Below, piece by piece: positions 23,464 to 34,865 of a stretch of DNA of 34,865 bases (within the stretch, counting starts at the first letter, position 1; the number at the start of each line of letters is the position of its first letter). This DNA is from Octopus bimaculoides. Taxonomy: Eukaryota. The stretch is from the NCBI RefSeq assembly GCF_001194135.2, contig NC_068991.1, positions 45,094,636-45,129,500 of the forward strand, written 5' to 3'. Made by a program: the position numbers and the translations under genes. Under the pieces are notes generated by a model. The model ran no database searches and was not told the origin of the DNA. It saw nothing but the letters and a program-made list of their open reading frames with translations.

Positions 23464-23540
23464 ACGCGCGCGCGCACACACACACACACATAGATAGATA
23501 GATAGATAGATTGATACAACATACATATATACATACATAC
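23360..23540. repeat. (CA)/(CAGA)/(TAGA)/(TACA) compound microsatellite inside the Dong RT region
   Basis: Direct reading. Confidence 0.93.
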
Positions 23541-24020
23541 ATGATGATGGCCGTCCACTCGTGACCAAGGAAGACCATTGCCGACCTTCAGGAACATTGT
23601 GCGCTCTAGGACTAACTTATATTTTGCATTTGCGGCTCCGTTGGTGGCTAATGAGCCCTACTCTTGACAAGCATACACGACTGCAAGCATTGCAGACCAA
23701 GCTTGCCCCATTCACTATACGAGCCGTGCGCTTTCGCGCAGCTCGCTTAAGTTCTTCATGTTGGATACGTGCTCTCTCAAAATTGTCGATCCCCTCCCTA
23801 ACCTGCTTCCTCCATCTGTGGCGATGACAGGCATTGTTCTCCCAGTCAGTGTCCTGCATATCACAGGCCTTTAATGAGGACTTTACACAGTCCTTAAATC
23901 GCATTGTTCAGCTGTGGGTGAATGGAAGGAGACTCCGGCAGAAACCAAGGCTGCGATTTAAGGACTGTGTCAAGTACTCATTAAAGGCCTGTGATATGCA
24001 GGACACTGACTGGGAGAACA
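23541..24020 (-). mobile_element. RTE-clade LINE 3' fragment with (CAT)n tail and an inverted duplicated segment
   Basis: Minus strand RFKDCVKSSLK...WENNA..R.RWR..V..G...FE...KRAARK...CNACSRVCLSRVGLISHQR, then GGACGGCCATCATCAT tail; plus strand 23920-24020 reads NGRRLRQKPRLRFKDCVK...WEN. Confidence 0.9.
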
Positions 24021-24051
24021 TACATACATACATACATACATACATACATAC

Positions 24052-24188
24052 AAGAGACTGATTGAATAAGTGCCCGGCTTAAAGAAATAGTACTGGGGTT
24101 GTTTCATTCGACCAAAAATTCTTCGAGGCGATGCCCTAGCATGGCCGCGGTCTGATCACTGAAACAAGCATAATATATAAGATAAAGA
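24052..24188 (+). mobile_element. SINE 3' fragment (CCAGCATGGCCGC..ACTGAAACAA tail family)
   Basis: GAATAAGTG...GTACTGGGGTTG...CTAGCATGGCCGCGGTCTGATCACTGAAACAAG; homologous to the 34612 copy. Confidence 0.75.
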
Positions 24189-24620
24189 TGATTCATTTGC
24201 TATGAGGCTAGTTAGTAATTTCCAGAGCAATGGCTAGCATGATATAAGCCTAAAATTGCTTATACCCTCGCCATTTCTTTTTCCTTCTGTATGAACTTAG
24301 CCCTTCTTTTAGTAATCCATGTCGGTGTTCTATTTTATATACAATCATTAAGAAACGGTTGGTTATAGCTGTGTATCGTTGAGAGATTTTACGCCGGAAT
24401 ACCAGGATACATCGTGTCCAACTGCTTTACAATTTGATACCTTTTAAGTATCTTTTCACTTTCGCTTCTGTAATATTTCTATTATTTTGTCTCGATCGAT
24501 ATTCCATTTTACTTTTAAATTTCTGCAACCAATTCACTTCCCTGTTATGTTGAACCTCTTCACTCCAAATATCTAGACAAAAGTTCCTTGCTGTTTCAGC
24601 ACTTGCCGTATCATTCCCCT

Positions 24621-24700
24621 GATGTTAATTGCTGTTCATCGCTGTCCACTGTTGATCATTATTGTTCATTGTTGTTCACTGTTGTTCATTGCTGTTTCAG
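24621..24700. repeat. Decamer minisatellite (G[CT]TGTTCA[CT]T)n flanked by a 29-bp direct repeat
   Basis: Eight 10-bp units in phase; TTGCTGTTTCAGCACTTGCC[G/T]TATCATTC at 24588-24616 and 24689-24717. Confidence 0.9.
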
Positions 24701-25739
24701 CACTTGCCTTATCATTCGCATTGTTCAGCTGTGGGTAAAATTTCTTTGCATTGTTTCTAGAAAGTCTGCAGATATTGATCTATGTTTGTTTTTTGTTTGT
24801 GTCTAGGTTTTATTTTGCCTGATGTTCCCATAAATATTTTGCTATATCTCTCTATTAGTCACTTCTAACTGACCGTAGCTGATGTTGCACTTTCTTCGGA
24901 ACTCAGTCCTTAATCTTCTCTGTCATCTTTTCAATTGTAGCATTTATCTTTCTAAGATCTTTACTGAGCTGATCAATTTGATTCACAAAACGCCCAAAGT
25001 TATTTTCCCCCGTCGTTTATTTACTTGAATTTAACTCAAGAACGTCAACAACAACTGAAGCTGTGTGGTGTCTGAGGTCATTTACATCTATTATATTCTC
25101 AGCTTTGAACTTCGTTAATAGCTTATCAAGTCTCTTTACTTTAGACGGTTTTTCAGTTTCGATTTCTCCCAAAGCCGTAATCTCGTTCTTTCAAAAATAG
25201 TGTCTCAATTAAAGTAAGTTCCTTTCCTCTTCTTTAATATCCTTTCCTTCCATGGAGTTAAACATGTTTCGATCCATACTGCTATTATTTTCCTTCTCGT
25301 GATTCATTGATAATTCATTGATTTTCTGCTATTTTTTGTTCAATTTTCAATTCTACGTTGCTATTTTCTTCCTTTTTCGCTGTTCTGAAGATCTTTTCCA
25401 TTTCCAGCTGGGATAGGCACTGTACAGTCCACTTTGTACTACTACTAGTATAATATTATCTACTGTAAAACAGTTCTTTAGGTTGCTGTTTTACTAAGGA
25501 TCGGTCATGATTCAACAAATATAAATGATCAATATTTTTTTTCAAATTTGAATATCTCGTCTTTCATTTCGGCACTGCGCATCTAGAACAGCAAAGACTC
25601 ACATCGCTTGTGAGTCTTTAGTCGGAGATTTGACTCTTAGAGCAGGTCTAACGACTGGGTAGCGGACAGTTAACTGCAATGAGGCCTTAAGAGCCGATAC
25701 TGTACTGTGTAGTATAGAGCAAAGTATTACACAATAACA

Positions 25740-25777
25740 GCTATTACAACAACAGCAACTCCTACTACTACTACTAT

Positions 25778-25853
<76 letters not shown>
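25740..25853. repeat. (CAA)/(TAC)n microsatellite
   Basis: Direct reading. Confidence 0.97.
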
Positions 25854-25854
<1 letters not shown>

Positions 25855-26073
25855 ACACACATATATTTCTAAATTCGTAACGCGATAACACTTATACTTC
25901 ATTAGATTACACAAGACTTTGTAAACTTCTACAAGACGTAATGATACAGTGCTTCACATTATTCCAAACCACACTGCACCACGCATGATCGCATAGACTT
26001 TATTACGTAGTGTAACACCTGTACAAAGTGTTGGCATGTGGAATACAATAAATATGCAATATATATATATATA

Positions 26074-27001
26074 NNNNNNNNNNNNNNNNNNNNNNNNNNN
26101 NNNNNNNNNNNNNNNNNNNNNNNNNNNNNNNNNNNNNNNNNNNNNNNNNNNNNNNNNNNNNNNNNNNNNNNNNNNNNNNNNNNNNNNNNNNNNNNNNNNN
26201 NNNNNNNNNNNNNNNNNNNNNNNNNNNNNNNNNNNNNNNNNNNNNNNNNNNNNNNNNNNNNNNNNNNNNNNNNNNNNNNNNNNNNNNNNNNNNNNNNNNN
26301 NNNNNNNNNNNNNNNNNNNNNNNNNNNNNNNNNNNNNNNNNNNNNNNNNNNNNNNNNNNNNNNNNNNNNNNNNNNNNNNNNNNNNNNNNNNNNNNNNNNN
26401 NNNNNNNNNNNNNNNNNNNNNNNNNNNNNNNNNNNNNNNNNNNNNNNNNNNNNNNNNNNNNNNNNNNNNNNNNNNNNNNNNNNNNNNNNNNNNNNNNNNN
26501 NNNNNNNNNNNNNNNNNNNNNNNNNNNNNNNNNNNNNNNNNNNNNNNNNNNNNNNNNNNNNNNNNNNNNNNNNNNNNNNNNNNNNNNNNNNNNNNNNNNN
26601 NNNNNNNNNNNNNNNNNNNNNNNNNNNNNNNNNNNNNNNNNNNNNNNNNNNNNNNNNNNNNNNNNNNNNNNNNNNNNNNNNNNNNNNNNNNNNNNNNNNN
26701 NNNNNNNNNNNNNNNNNNNNNNNNNNNNNNNNNNNNNNNNNNNNNNNNNNNNNNNNNNNNNNNNNNNNNNNNNNNNNNNNNNNNNNNNNNNNNNNNNNNN
26801 NNNNNNNNNNNNNNNNNNNNNNNNNNNNNNNNNNNNNNNNNNNNNNNNNNNNNNNNNNNNNNNNNNNNNNNNNNNNNNNNNNNNNNNNNNNNNNNNNNNN
26901 NNNNNNNNNNNNNNNNNNNNNNNNNNNNNNNNNNNNNNNNNNNNNNNNNNNNNNNNNNNNNNNNNNNNNNNNNNNNNNNNNNNNNNNNNNNNNNNNNNNN
27001 N
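26074..27001. other. Assembly gap
   Basis: Run of N between (TA)n and (GA)n. Confidence 1.
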
Positions 27002-27061
<60 letters not shown>

Positions 27062-27547
27062 CGAGAGAGAGAGAGAAAGAAAGAGAGAGAGGGAATTTAT
27101 GCAGCAGCCCAGCATCAATCGACCTTACCATCCCGCTGCTAATTGATGTCACCTCTTCATCTCCGTCTCCTTCTTCACTCTACCTCCCACTCCTCCCCTT
27201 CTCTAATCATATTCCAGTCAATAGATTACTTCGTCTAGAATGTATGTCAAAATTGCGTGTCTATGTGCATGTGCATGTTAGTCTGTGTAATCGTGTATGC
27301 GGTGTATGTGAGTGTGCATGTGTGTGTGAGTGTGTGCGTTTGTGTGTGTGTGTGTTTAGAAGGCTGCCAATACGCAAATACATAGATATATATATACAGA
27401 TACACAAAACCACCTCTGCTACTGTTATAACATTGATTTGTACTAAAGCTTTCGGTTGTTCCTATATATAACTGATGACGTATATCTAAACACTTCTCCA
27501 CCCCCAATCGCTTTTGTCTGTCTTTCTGTCTATGTGTCTGTCTTTCA

Positions 27548-27576
27548 TTCTCTCACTCTCTCTCTCTCTCTCTCTC

Positions 27577-27661
<85 letters not shown>

Positions 27662-27662
27662 G
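27548..27662. repeat. (TC)n microsatellite
   Basis: Direct reading. Confidence 0.97.
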
Positions 27663-27879
27663 TCATATATACATAAATGCACGCATGCACACACACATAC
27701 ACATACAGAAATATCAGTCTCCACAGAAAAAATATGTATGAATTAGTGTGTGTGTGTATATATATCTGCAGGTGTTTGTATACGCATATTTACATGTGTG
27801 TGTATGTATATATAATATATATTTACATATAATTCGCGAATATATGTATATATATATACACATACACGCACAGACACAG

Positions 27880-27936
<57 letters not shown>

Positions 27937-28718
27937 NNNNNNNNNNNNNNNNNNNNNNNNNNNNNNNNNNNNNNNNNNNNNNNNNNNNNNNNNNNNNNNN
28001 NNNNNNNNNNNNNNNNNNNNNNNNNNNNNNNNNNNNNNNNNNNNNNNNNNNNNNNNNNNNNNNNNNNNNNNNNNNNNNNNNNNNNNNNNNNNNNNNNNNN
28101 NNNNNNNNNNNNNNNNNNNNNNNNNNNNNNNNNNNNNNNNNNNNNNNNNNNNNNNNNNNNNNNNNNNNNNNNNNNNNNNNNNNNNNNNNNNNNNNNNNNN
28201 NNNNNNNNNNNNNNNNNNNNNNNNNNNNNNNNNNNNNNNNNNNNNNNNNNNNNNNNNNNNNNNNNNNNNNNNNNNNNNNNNNNNNNNNNNNNNNNNNNNN
28301 NNNNNNNNNNNNNNNNNNNNNNNNNNNNNNNNNNNNNNNNNNNNNNNNNNNNNNNNNNNNNNNNNNNNNNNNNNNNNNNNNNNNNNNNNNNNNNNNNNNN
28401 NNNNNNNNNNNNNNNNNNNNNNNNNNNNNNNNNNNNNNNNNNNNNNNNNNNNNNNNNNNNNNNNNNNNNNNNNNNNNNNNNNNNNNNNNNNNNNNNNNNN
28501 NNNNNNNNNNNNNNNNNNNNNNNNNNNNNNNNNNNNNNNNNNNNNNNNNNNNNNNNNNNNNNNNNNNNNNNNNNNNNNNNNNNNNNNNNNNNNNNNNNNN
28601 NNNNNNNNNNNNNNNNNNNNNNNNNNNNNNNNNNNNNNNNNNNNNNNNNNNNNNNNNNNNNNNNNNNNNNNNNNNNNNNNNNNNNNNNNNNNNNNNNNNN
28701 NNNNNNNNNNNNNNNNNN
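27937..28718. other. Assembly gap
   Basis: Run of N within (TA)n. Confidence 1.
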
Positions 28719-28802
28719 TATATATAGGTATATATATATATATATTTATATATAGGTATATATATGTATATGTGTGTGTATCTATATCTGTATATATATG
28801 TA

Positions 28803-28833
<31 letters not shown>

Positions 28834-28970
28834 GCGCGTGTCTCTCAGTGCATCCTCTTTACCTTAATAGCTAAAACAACCATTGTATTTGTGTGATTTG
28901 TTTTTGCCTATCGTTTTTCTCACCAAACCTCCCTTGTTCGCCATTGATTTTCGGTCATTTTCCCTAGGTC

Positions 28971-29008
<38 letters not shown>

Positions 29009-29088
29009 GTCTGTCTGCCTGTCTGCCTGTCTATCGGTTCGTGTGTCTGACTCCCTCTGTCAGTGGCTCTCTCTCTGTATATATATAT

Positions 29089-29594
29089 NNNNNNNNNNNN
29101 NNNNNNNNNNNNNNNNNNNNNNNNNNNNNNNNNNNNNNNNNNNNNNNNNNNNNNNNNNNNNNNNNNNNNNNNNNNNNNNNNNNNNNNNNNNNNNNNNNNN
29201 NNNNNNNNNNNNNNNNNNNNNNNNNNNNNNNNNNNNNNNNNNNNNNNNNNNNNNNNNNNNNNNNNNNNNNNNNNNNNNNNNNNNNNNNNNNNNNNNNNNN
29301 NNNNNNNNNNNNNNNNNNNNNNNNNNNNNNNNNNNNNNNNNNNNNNNNNNNNNNNNNNNNNNNNNNNNNNNNNNNNNNNNNNNNNNNNNNNNNNNNNNNN
29401 NNNNNNNNNNNNNNNNNNNNNNNNNNNNNNNNNNNNNNNNNNNNNNNNNNNNNNNNNNNNNNNNNNNNNNNNNNNNNNNNNNNNNNNNNNNNNNNNNNNN
29501 NNNNNNNNNNNNNNNNNNNNNNNNNNNNNNNNNNNNNNNNNNNNNNNNNNNNNNNNNNNNNNNNNNNNNNNNNNNNNNNNNNNNNNNNNNNNNN
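29089..29594. other. Assembly gap
   Basis: Run of N. Confidence 1.
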
Positions 29595-29640
29595 ACACAA
29601 ATGCATATACACGCAACACACGTACACACACATAGACACA

Positions 29641-29677
<37 letters not shown>

Positions 29678-29799
29678 GCATACATATGTGTGTGTGTGTG
29701 TGCGTGTGTGTAATGTACAGAGCAGTTTTTCTCCTCCTCTGCAGTATATCCATCGATTCATGGCAAGTCGCTAGCGTAATGTTACGATTCATTCACAAT

Positions 29800-30110
29800 A
29801 TGTCACGAACTACTACTATTCTGCACTATAACTACAACTAACCTATAAACTTGCATATAATACACTACAAGGCTGTACCCTACACTACAACACTAACTAA
29901 ACACCATATACAGTACAATACTGTTCTACATTGCAACTAAAATACACACTAACATATACTACACATCACTGGTCTACTCTACAAGTGAACTACACGCATA
30001 TACCGCACGTTACTGTTCTACACTACTATTGCAACTAGACTACACACTAATAATATTACACTACAGTAATCTACACTACAAACTAGACATAACATACGAA
30101 CAAGCTAGTC
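29800..30110. repeat. Degenerate (TACAC/CTACA)n-like cryptic repeat; similar tract at about 31410-31560
   Basis: Recurrent ctacac/tacact/actaca motifs on a G-poor strand. Confidence 0.6.
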
Positions 30111-31019
30111 TCCATATGATTTCTTGATCTGCTACAATTAGTGGACAAAAAGCGCTTAAAGAAGGTACGATAAACTAGTGTAAAACAGTCCTAAACATGG
30201 TGACCGCGAGAATAACTTTGTTCAGGAATTGAATCAAACTCTTGAAGAATAGCCTGCTGTTATACAGCTCAAAACATTGAATTAGTTCTAAACTAAAAGA
30301 AGTAAAACACTGGATAGCATATATGTGTAGCTGTCAAAACTCGGGCCTTACGCCATCTACTGTTCAACAAATGCAGTATTGGCGTCCGTGAGCTGAGTAC
30401 ACAATATATATATATATACTTTGAAGATTTATTGAGATATAATGGAGCCTCACTAGCGAAAGAACAGAAACCGTTGCGATATACTATTTCGTTGATCAAC
30501 ATTAAACAGTGGCATATGAGACTACACTTCAGGAACTAACGAGGTAACCTCAATATGATAAGAATAATAGACAAATCTCCTTTGAGAAAGGTTTCTTTTG
30601 CACGTTTTTTATTAAGGTCGTCATTTATATATGGAATGACTCTACATTCAGGGGTGGAACGTACAATTTCCAGTCAGATCGCCTCGTGTTCCAGTAAACA
30701 AAATGGAAAAGGTATTGCCCTGGAGGGTGGCGAGGGAGATGTGCTGGAACAACCACTCTGACTAAAAGGGCTCGCACTTGCGAACAGTCATCGCCGAGCA
30801 GGGATAGGGTCCGGCTTTGAAAAATATGCTGTATCTTTCAAAAGACAAAATAGAAGTACTCCATCATGTAGTCGTAGCTAAAATGTCAGTATGGTCGCAG
30901 CTGGAATACTTTTGATCCTAGTGTTGATTTGTTCATTCAGGGATGATGTGGGGATAAACACCAGAAGCAATAACATCACACGAAGACATTGACATTTAGC
31001 ACTACAAATATATTACAAT

Positions 31020-31409
31020 GCAGGCGCAACGGCCCAGTGGTTAGGGCAGCGGATTCGCGGTCGTAGGATCGCGGTTTCGATTCCCAGGCCGGGCGTTGTA
31101 AGTGTTTATTGAGCGAAAACATCTAAAGTACCACGAGGCTCCGGCAGGAGGTAGTGGTGAACCCAGCTGTACTCTTTCACCACAACTTTCTCCCACTCTC
31201 TCTTCCTGTTTCTGTTGTACCTGTATTTCAAAGGGCCAGCCTTGTCACACTCTGTGTCACACTGAAAAGTACGTGTCCCCGAGAAGTACGTTAAGGGTAC
31301 AGTGTCTGTGGAGTTCTCAGCCACTTGCACGTTAATTTCACGAGCAGGCTGTTCCGTTGATGGGATCAACTGGAACCCTCGTCGTCGTAACCGACGGTGT
31401 GCCGCGACG
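31020..31409 (+). mobile_element. Full-length tRNA-derived SINE (family B) with 10-bp TSD
   Basis: Collinear with 16313-16699; TSD ATATTACAAT at 31010-31019 and 31410-31419. Confidence 0.95.
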
Positions 31410-32499
31410 ATATTACAATATATATCTTACTTAAACTATATGCATATACTACAGCACAGTTCTACACTACACTACTGTATATAATCGGGTATATAGTAAT
31501 ACTGTACTTCTACACTGTAAAATATACTGCCAGTCTACACTGCTATATTTCTGTTGCACTGGTTGACATGACAGTAAATAATCTAATAGCGTGTTCAGTA
31601 TGATAGATTGTGACATAGTATCTATAATATTTGTTCAGCCTGTCACTAAATGGGTTCGAGCTGTGATACAAAGGAAGTATTTAATGAAACAAGTTTGAGT
31701 ATTATGGTTTCAAGATGCTAACTATGGAACGATATTGAAGACCAGACATAATGAAATTTTTTTATTGTAATGATACAAGTTCGAATTTTATGCATTCAGT
31801 GACTATGTCTATGAAACCTAATCGAAGACTAATGGAAATCTTCAACATAAAGAAATGCTTCAAAACAAAAATAAAAACATATATAAAGCATGGTATTTGC
31901 ATGAGTTTCTCTACACTCTATCGATCAGAGTTGCTATTTCGTTAAACAACAACAGTTATATCAGAAACAATACGACAGCAGCAACAACAACAACAACATG
32001 CAGCAACAACTGCAACAGTAACAGCATTGATAACAGTAACAACAACATTAACAATGCATCGTCCACGAGCCAGACAGAGAACCACTACAAACTGTTAGTA
32101 ATAGCCAAATCTTCTCCATACATGCACTTTAGTTATTATGTTGTACATACTATATCTGAATATAAGATGGGATGGTGCGAACGATCAAAAACTGGTGGTA
32201 AACCTTAAAAGACTTTTCTAAAGTAATCATTTTAAAGAGTGCATTTTATGAAATAAAGTCTATTTCAAAGGAACATTTCCAATAAAATTGCGAGTTGAAT
32301 GCAAAGGAATTACCATTCAAATGCAAAAAGCGACATTTGTGACAAGCATAGCCGTCTTATACTGTAGCTCTAGTTTGACCAATGTCTAGTGATTGGAAAT
32401 CCGTAACCATGCGAAGGCTCATCGTCTCGATCACCCAAATAACCTGCTGCTGAGTGTTCCAAAGATACGGGTGCTCTTTAGGTAATACTGAAGCAGAAT

Positions 32500-32815
32500 T
32501 TAGAGTGACAGGCTGGTACTTTTCGAATTATAGATATAATCCTCTCTACAACTTCAACCTAATTCGCCTACCTAATGTCCTTTATAAGATATGGCTCTGA
32601 ATGTAAAGAGAATAAAACGTTTTCTCGGCAGTCTAACGCTTCTGCAAGCTCGCTGCTCCCAACCCTTTTTAATAATGGTTTTTAATTACGGCACAAGGTC
32701 AGCACTTTTGATTGGAAGGTGTTAGTCGAAACTATCGACTTCAATACTTGTCTGGTACTTTATTTTATCGATTCCCAAAGGAGGAAAGGTAAAGCTGACC
32801 TCTGCAGGATTTGAA
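32500..32815 (-). mobile_element. Two tandem SINE family A remnants (about 32500-32657, very old; about 32678-32815)
   Basis: CTAACGCTTCTGCAAGCTCGC head remnant; GGCACAAGGTCAGCAC...CTGGTACTTTATTTTATCGATTCCCAAAGGAGGAAAGGTAAAGCTGACCTC. Confidence 0.7.
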
Positions 32816-33167
32816 AAACACAGTTAGTTATAATGAATTTAACCGATCGATCTTGCAAAAACCTGAGTATTTGTCATCACCTTTCGACTAAGAAACAGTT
32901 CACTACTTGATTTAGAGGACGCAAGCTTAATATTCACCTAAGTGTCAAGAGAACGTGAGCCCTTTCTTAACTACTTCAGCATCGGCGCTTATCAAGGGCA
33001 CCATCAGGACTAATCATGTAGAGTATAAAACTAGAAGAGCTGTTTATGTAGGGGAGGCTTTTGAGCAAAATCGGATGGTGGTTTATTATTCGCAAATGTA
33101 TAGAATGCTTATATTTGTTTCTTGAATGCCAGATTGGAGCAATATTGAGAATAACACACACACACAT

Positions 33168-33211
<44 letters not shown>

Positions 33212-33728
33212 GCACATATGTGAATATGAGTACAAGATGTTCTCCTGCACATTCCGACAAGCAAAATTCATTTACAAGATGAACTTGAGGCAGTGGAATT
33301 GAGCACAGACCATTAGGCGTCGCAATGTGAACTCCTTATTCGCACAATCATACAAGAGTCAATTCAGTCGTCGCTACCCTTTGCCCCTTAAAAAAAAAGA
33401 GTCTCCGATCTTTTCCCTGGGCATGAAATAATTATCATAATTAGTCGATATAGTTGGAATAGATTATGAAAACGGGAAGGGAGACATCAGAGTGCGTTGA
33501 TTATCGAAAAGTCTATCAGTCTTCATCTCTCAAACGCAGGAAATTCTCCTTATGCTGCTATTTCTCACTTACTAATTCTTTTTTTAACTTGCCGCCCACG
33601 TTACTCGAACCTTCCACCCACAGGCCTTTTTTTCTACGTACAATAGAATGAAAGACATTGCAATTAATCCTATCGCCCAACACCAGGCCAACAGCCAAAA
33701 TTACTAATCAAACTATTTTCGTACTCCT

Positions 33729-33729
33729 G

Positions 33730-33782
<53 letters not shown>

Positions 33783-33907
33783 CCATCACTCTCATAGTGT
33801 TTCTTCTTCTTCTTCTTCTTCTTCTTCTTCTTCTTCTTCTTCTTCTTCTTCTTCTTCCTCGTCCTCCTCCACCTCCTTCATCTTCTTTTTCTTCTCTCTC
33901 TCTCTCT
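33729..33907. repeat. (CAT)n(TCT)n(TC)n compound microsatellite
   Basis: Direct reading. Confidence 0.97.
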
Positions 33908-34099
33908 NNNNNNNNNNNNNNNNNNNNNNNNNNNNNNNNNNNNNNNNNNNNNNNNNNNNNNNNNNNNNNNNNNNNNNNNNNNNNNNNNNNNNNNNNNNNN
34001 NNNNNNNNNNNNNNNNNNNNNNNNNNNNNNNNNNNNNNNNNNNNNNNNNNNNNNNNNNNNNNNNNNNNNNNNNNNNNNNNNNNNNNNNNNNNNNNNNNN
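33908..34099. other. Assembly gap
   Basis: Run of N. Confidence 1.
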
Positions 34100-34201
34100 C
34101 CATCCATCCATCCATCCATCCATCCATCCATCCACCCATCCATCCATCCATCCATCCATCCATCCATCCATCCATCCATCCATCCACCCATCCATCCATC
34201 T
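34100..34201. repeat. (CCAT)n microsatellite
   Basis: Direct reading. Confidence 0.97.
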
Positions 34202-34609
34202 ACCCCTTCCTCTGTGTAAAGGAGGACGTTTTCTTGCCAGACGCATAAAACTTACTCTTCATTCATTTTGGACGAAAAATATCGTTTGGCTTTCGATCAG
34301 TTCTGTGTGTTGTTATTTCTTCTTGCGTATGTGTACGAATGAACGTAAAGATGGAATGTTCTCTATATACGTTCGTATTATTTACTGTGAGTCTGCGTAT
34401 ATGTGTGTGGATGAGCGTTTTTATACTGTATTTTGAAGCGTTGAACATTTCTATTATGTCGTCGCATCATCGATTCTACACAAAAATTATTACATTAGGT
34501 TATACTTACAATACATACACACATTATATTCACTAATATACATTTCCATCTATATATACTCATGCATAAACATGTTTAGACATAATACATACATTCCTTT
34601 ATTTTTTTA

Positions 34610-34800
34610 CTTGTTTCAGTCATTTGACTGCGGCCATGCTGGAGCACCTCCTTAAAGAGTTTTAGTCGAAGAAATCGACCCCAGGATTTATTCGTTGTAA
34701 GCCTAGTACTTATTCTCTTTTGCCGAACCGAGTAGTTACGGGAACATAAACAAACCACTATCGGTTGTCAAGCAATGGCGGATGTACAAACACAGGAACA
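34610..34800 (-). mobile_element. SINE-like repeat (CCAGCATGGCCGCAGTCAAATGACTGAAACAAG tail family), grading into (CA)n
   Basis: CTTGTTTCAGTCATTTGACTGCGGCCATGCTGGAGCACC...GTCGAAGAAATCGACCCCAGG...; related fragments at 4205 and 24052. Confidence 0.8.
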
Positions 34801-34833
34801 CACACATAAATACGCACGCACACACACGCACAC

Positions 34834-34865
<32 letters not shown>

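Larger units (their letters stand above)
22812..25430 (-). mobile_element. Fragmented R4/Dong-clade retrotransposon (N-terminus, RT0-RT3, RLE C-terminus), split by nested insertions at about 23355-24185
   Basis: In order on the minus strand: CLSQLEMEKI; VNDL..TASVVVDVL; FYPQL; RNFCLDIWSEEVQHN..W; NCKAVGHD; PTWIT; SNFRLISC*PLLWKLLTSLIANE; [insertions]; EEQKG...LLYTDSMLLRNL..*IDYEKA; LGVNAKI; [deletion]; KRRLWNTNVEIVAMVTG...LKDIGI...QKNTIL; 3' end at (TAA)n. Confidence 0.85.

Noticed and set aside
25959-29841. Long ORFs (190-477 aa) in the ORF track, also at 5267-6112, 14300-15014 and 33658-34248
   Set aside because: They are runs of N and microsatellites translated as X or dipeptides, not genes.
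30150-30800. Possible RT-like fragments (LAKEQKPLR)
   Set aside because: Isolated weak similarity with many stops; motif order could not be established.

Overview
AT-rich eukaryotic (metazoan) non-coding DNA, either a large intron or intergenic region. It is saturated with microsatellites, tRNA-derived SINEs and fossil transposons, and has six assembly gaps. The repeat repertoire looks like octopus/coleoid cephalopod DNA (inference from recalled repeat motifs, not a search). No intact protein-coding gene is visible; most listed ORFs are microsatellite or N-gap artefacts. Recognisable fossils: two mariner transposases (1-445 minus; 7198-8290 plus), a Charlie/SPIN-type hAT transposase (about 12190-13704 minus), three R4/Dong-clade RLE retrotransposon remnants (10025-11158 plus; 21257-21928 plus; 22812-25430 minus, split by nested insertions), an RTE-clade 3' fragment with an inverted duplication, and several SINE families (two copies with clear TSDs). 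The most notable observations are: (i) a 69-bp near-perfect hairpin in the RTE fragment whose loop junction carries a 21-nt sequence also present about 817 bp away; (ii) a minimal hammerhead-like motif of the Penelope type at 4469-4504; (iii) a cluster of elements anchored in (TAA)n arrays; and (iv) one candidate host exon at 19391-19544 (minus). I found no convincing evidence of a wholly new biological system.
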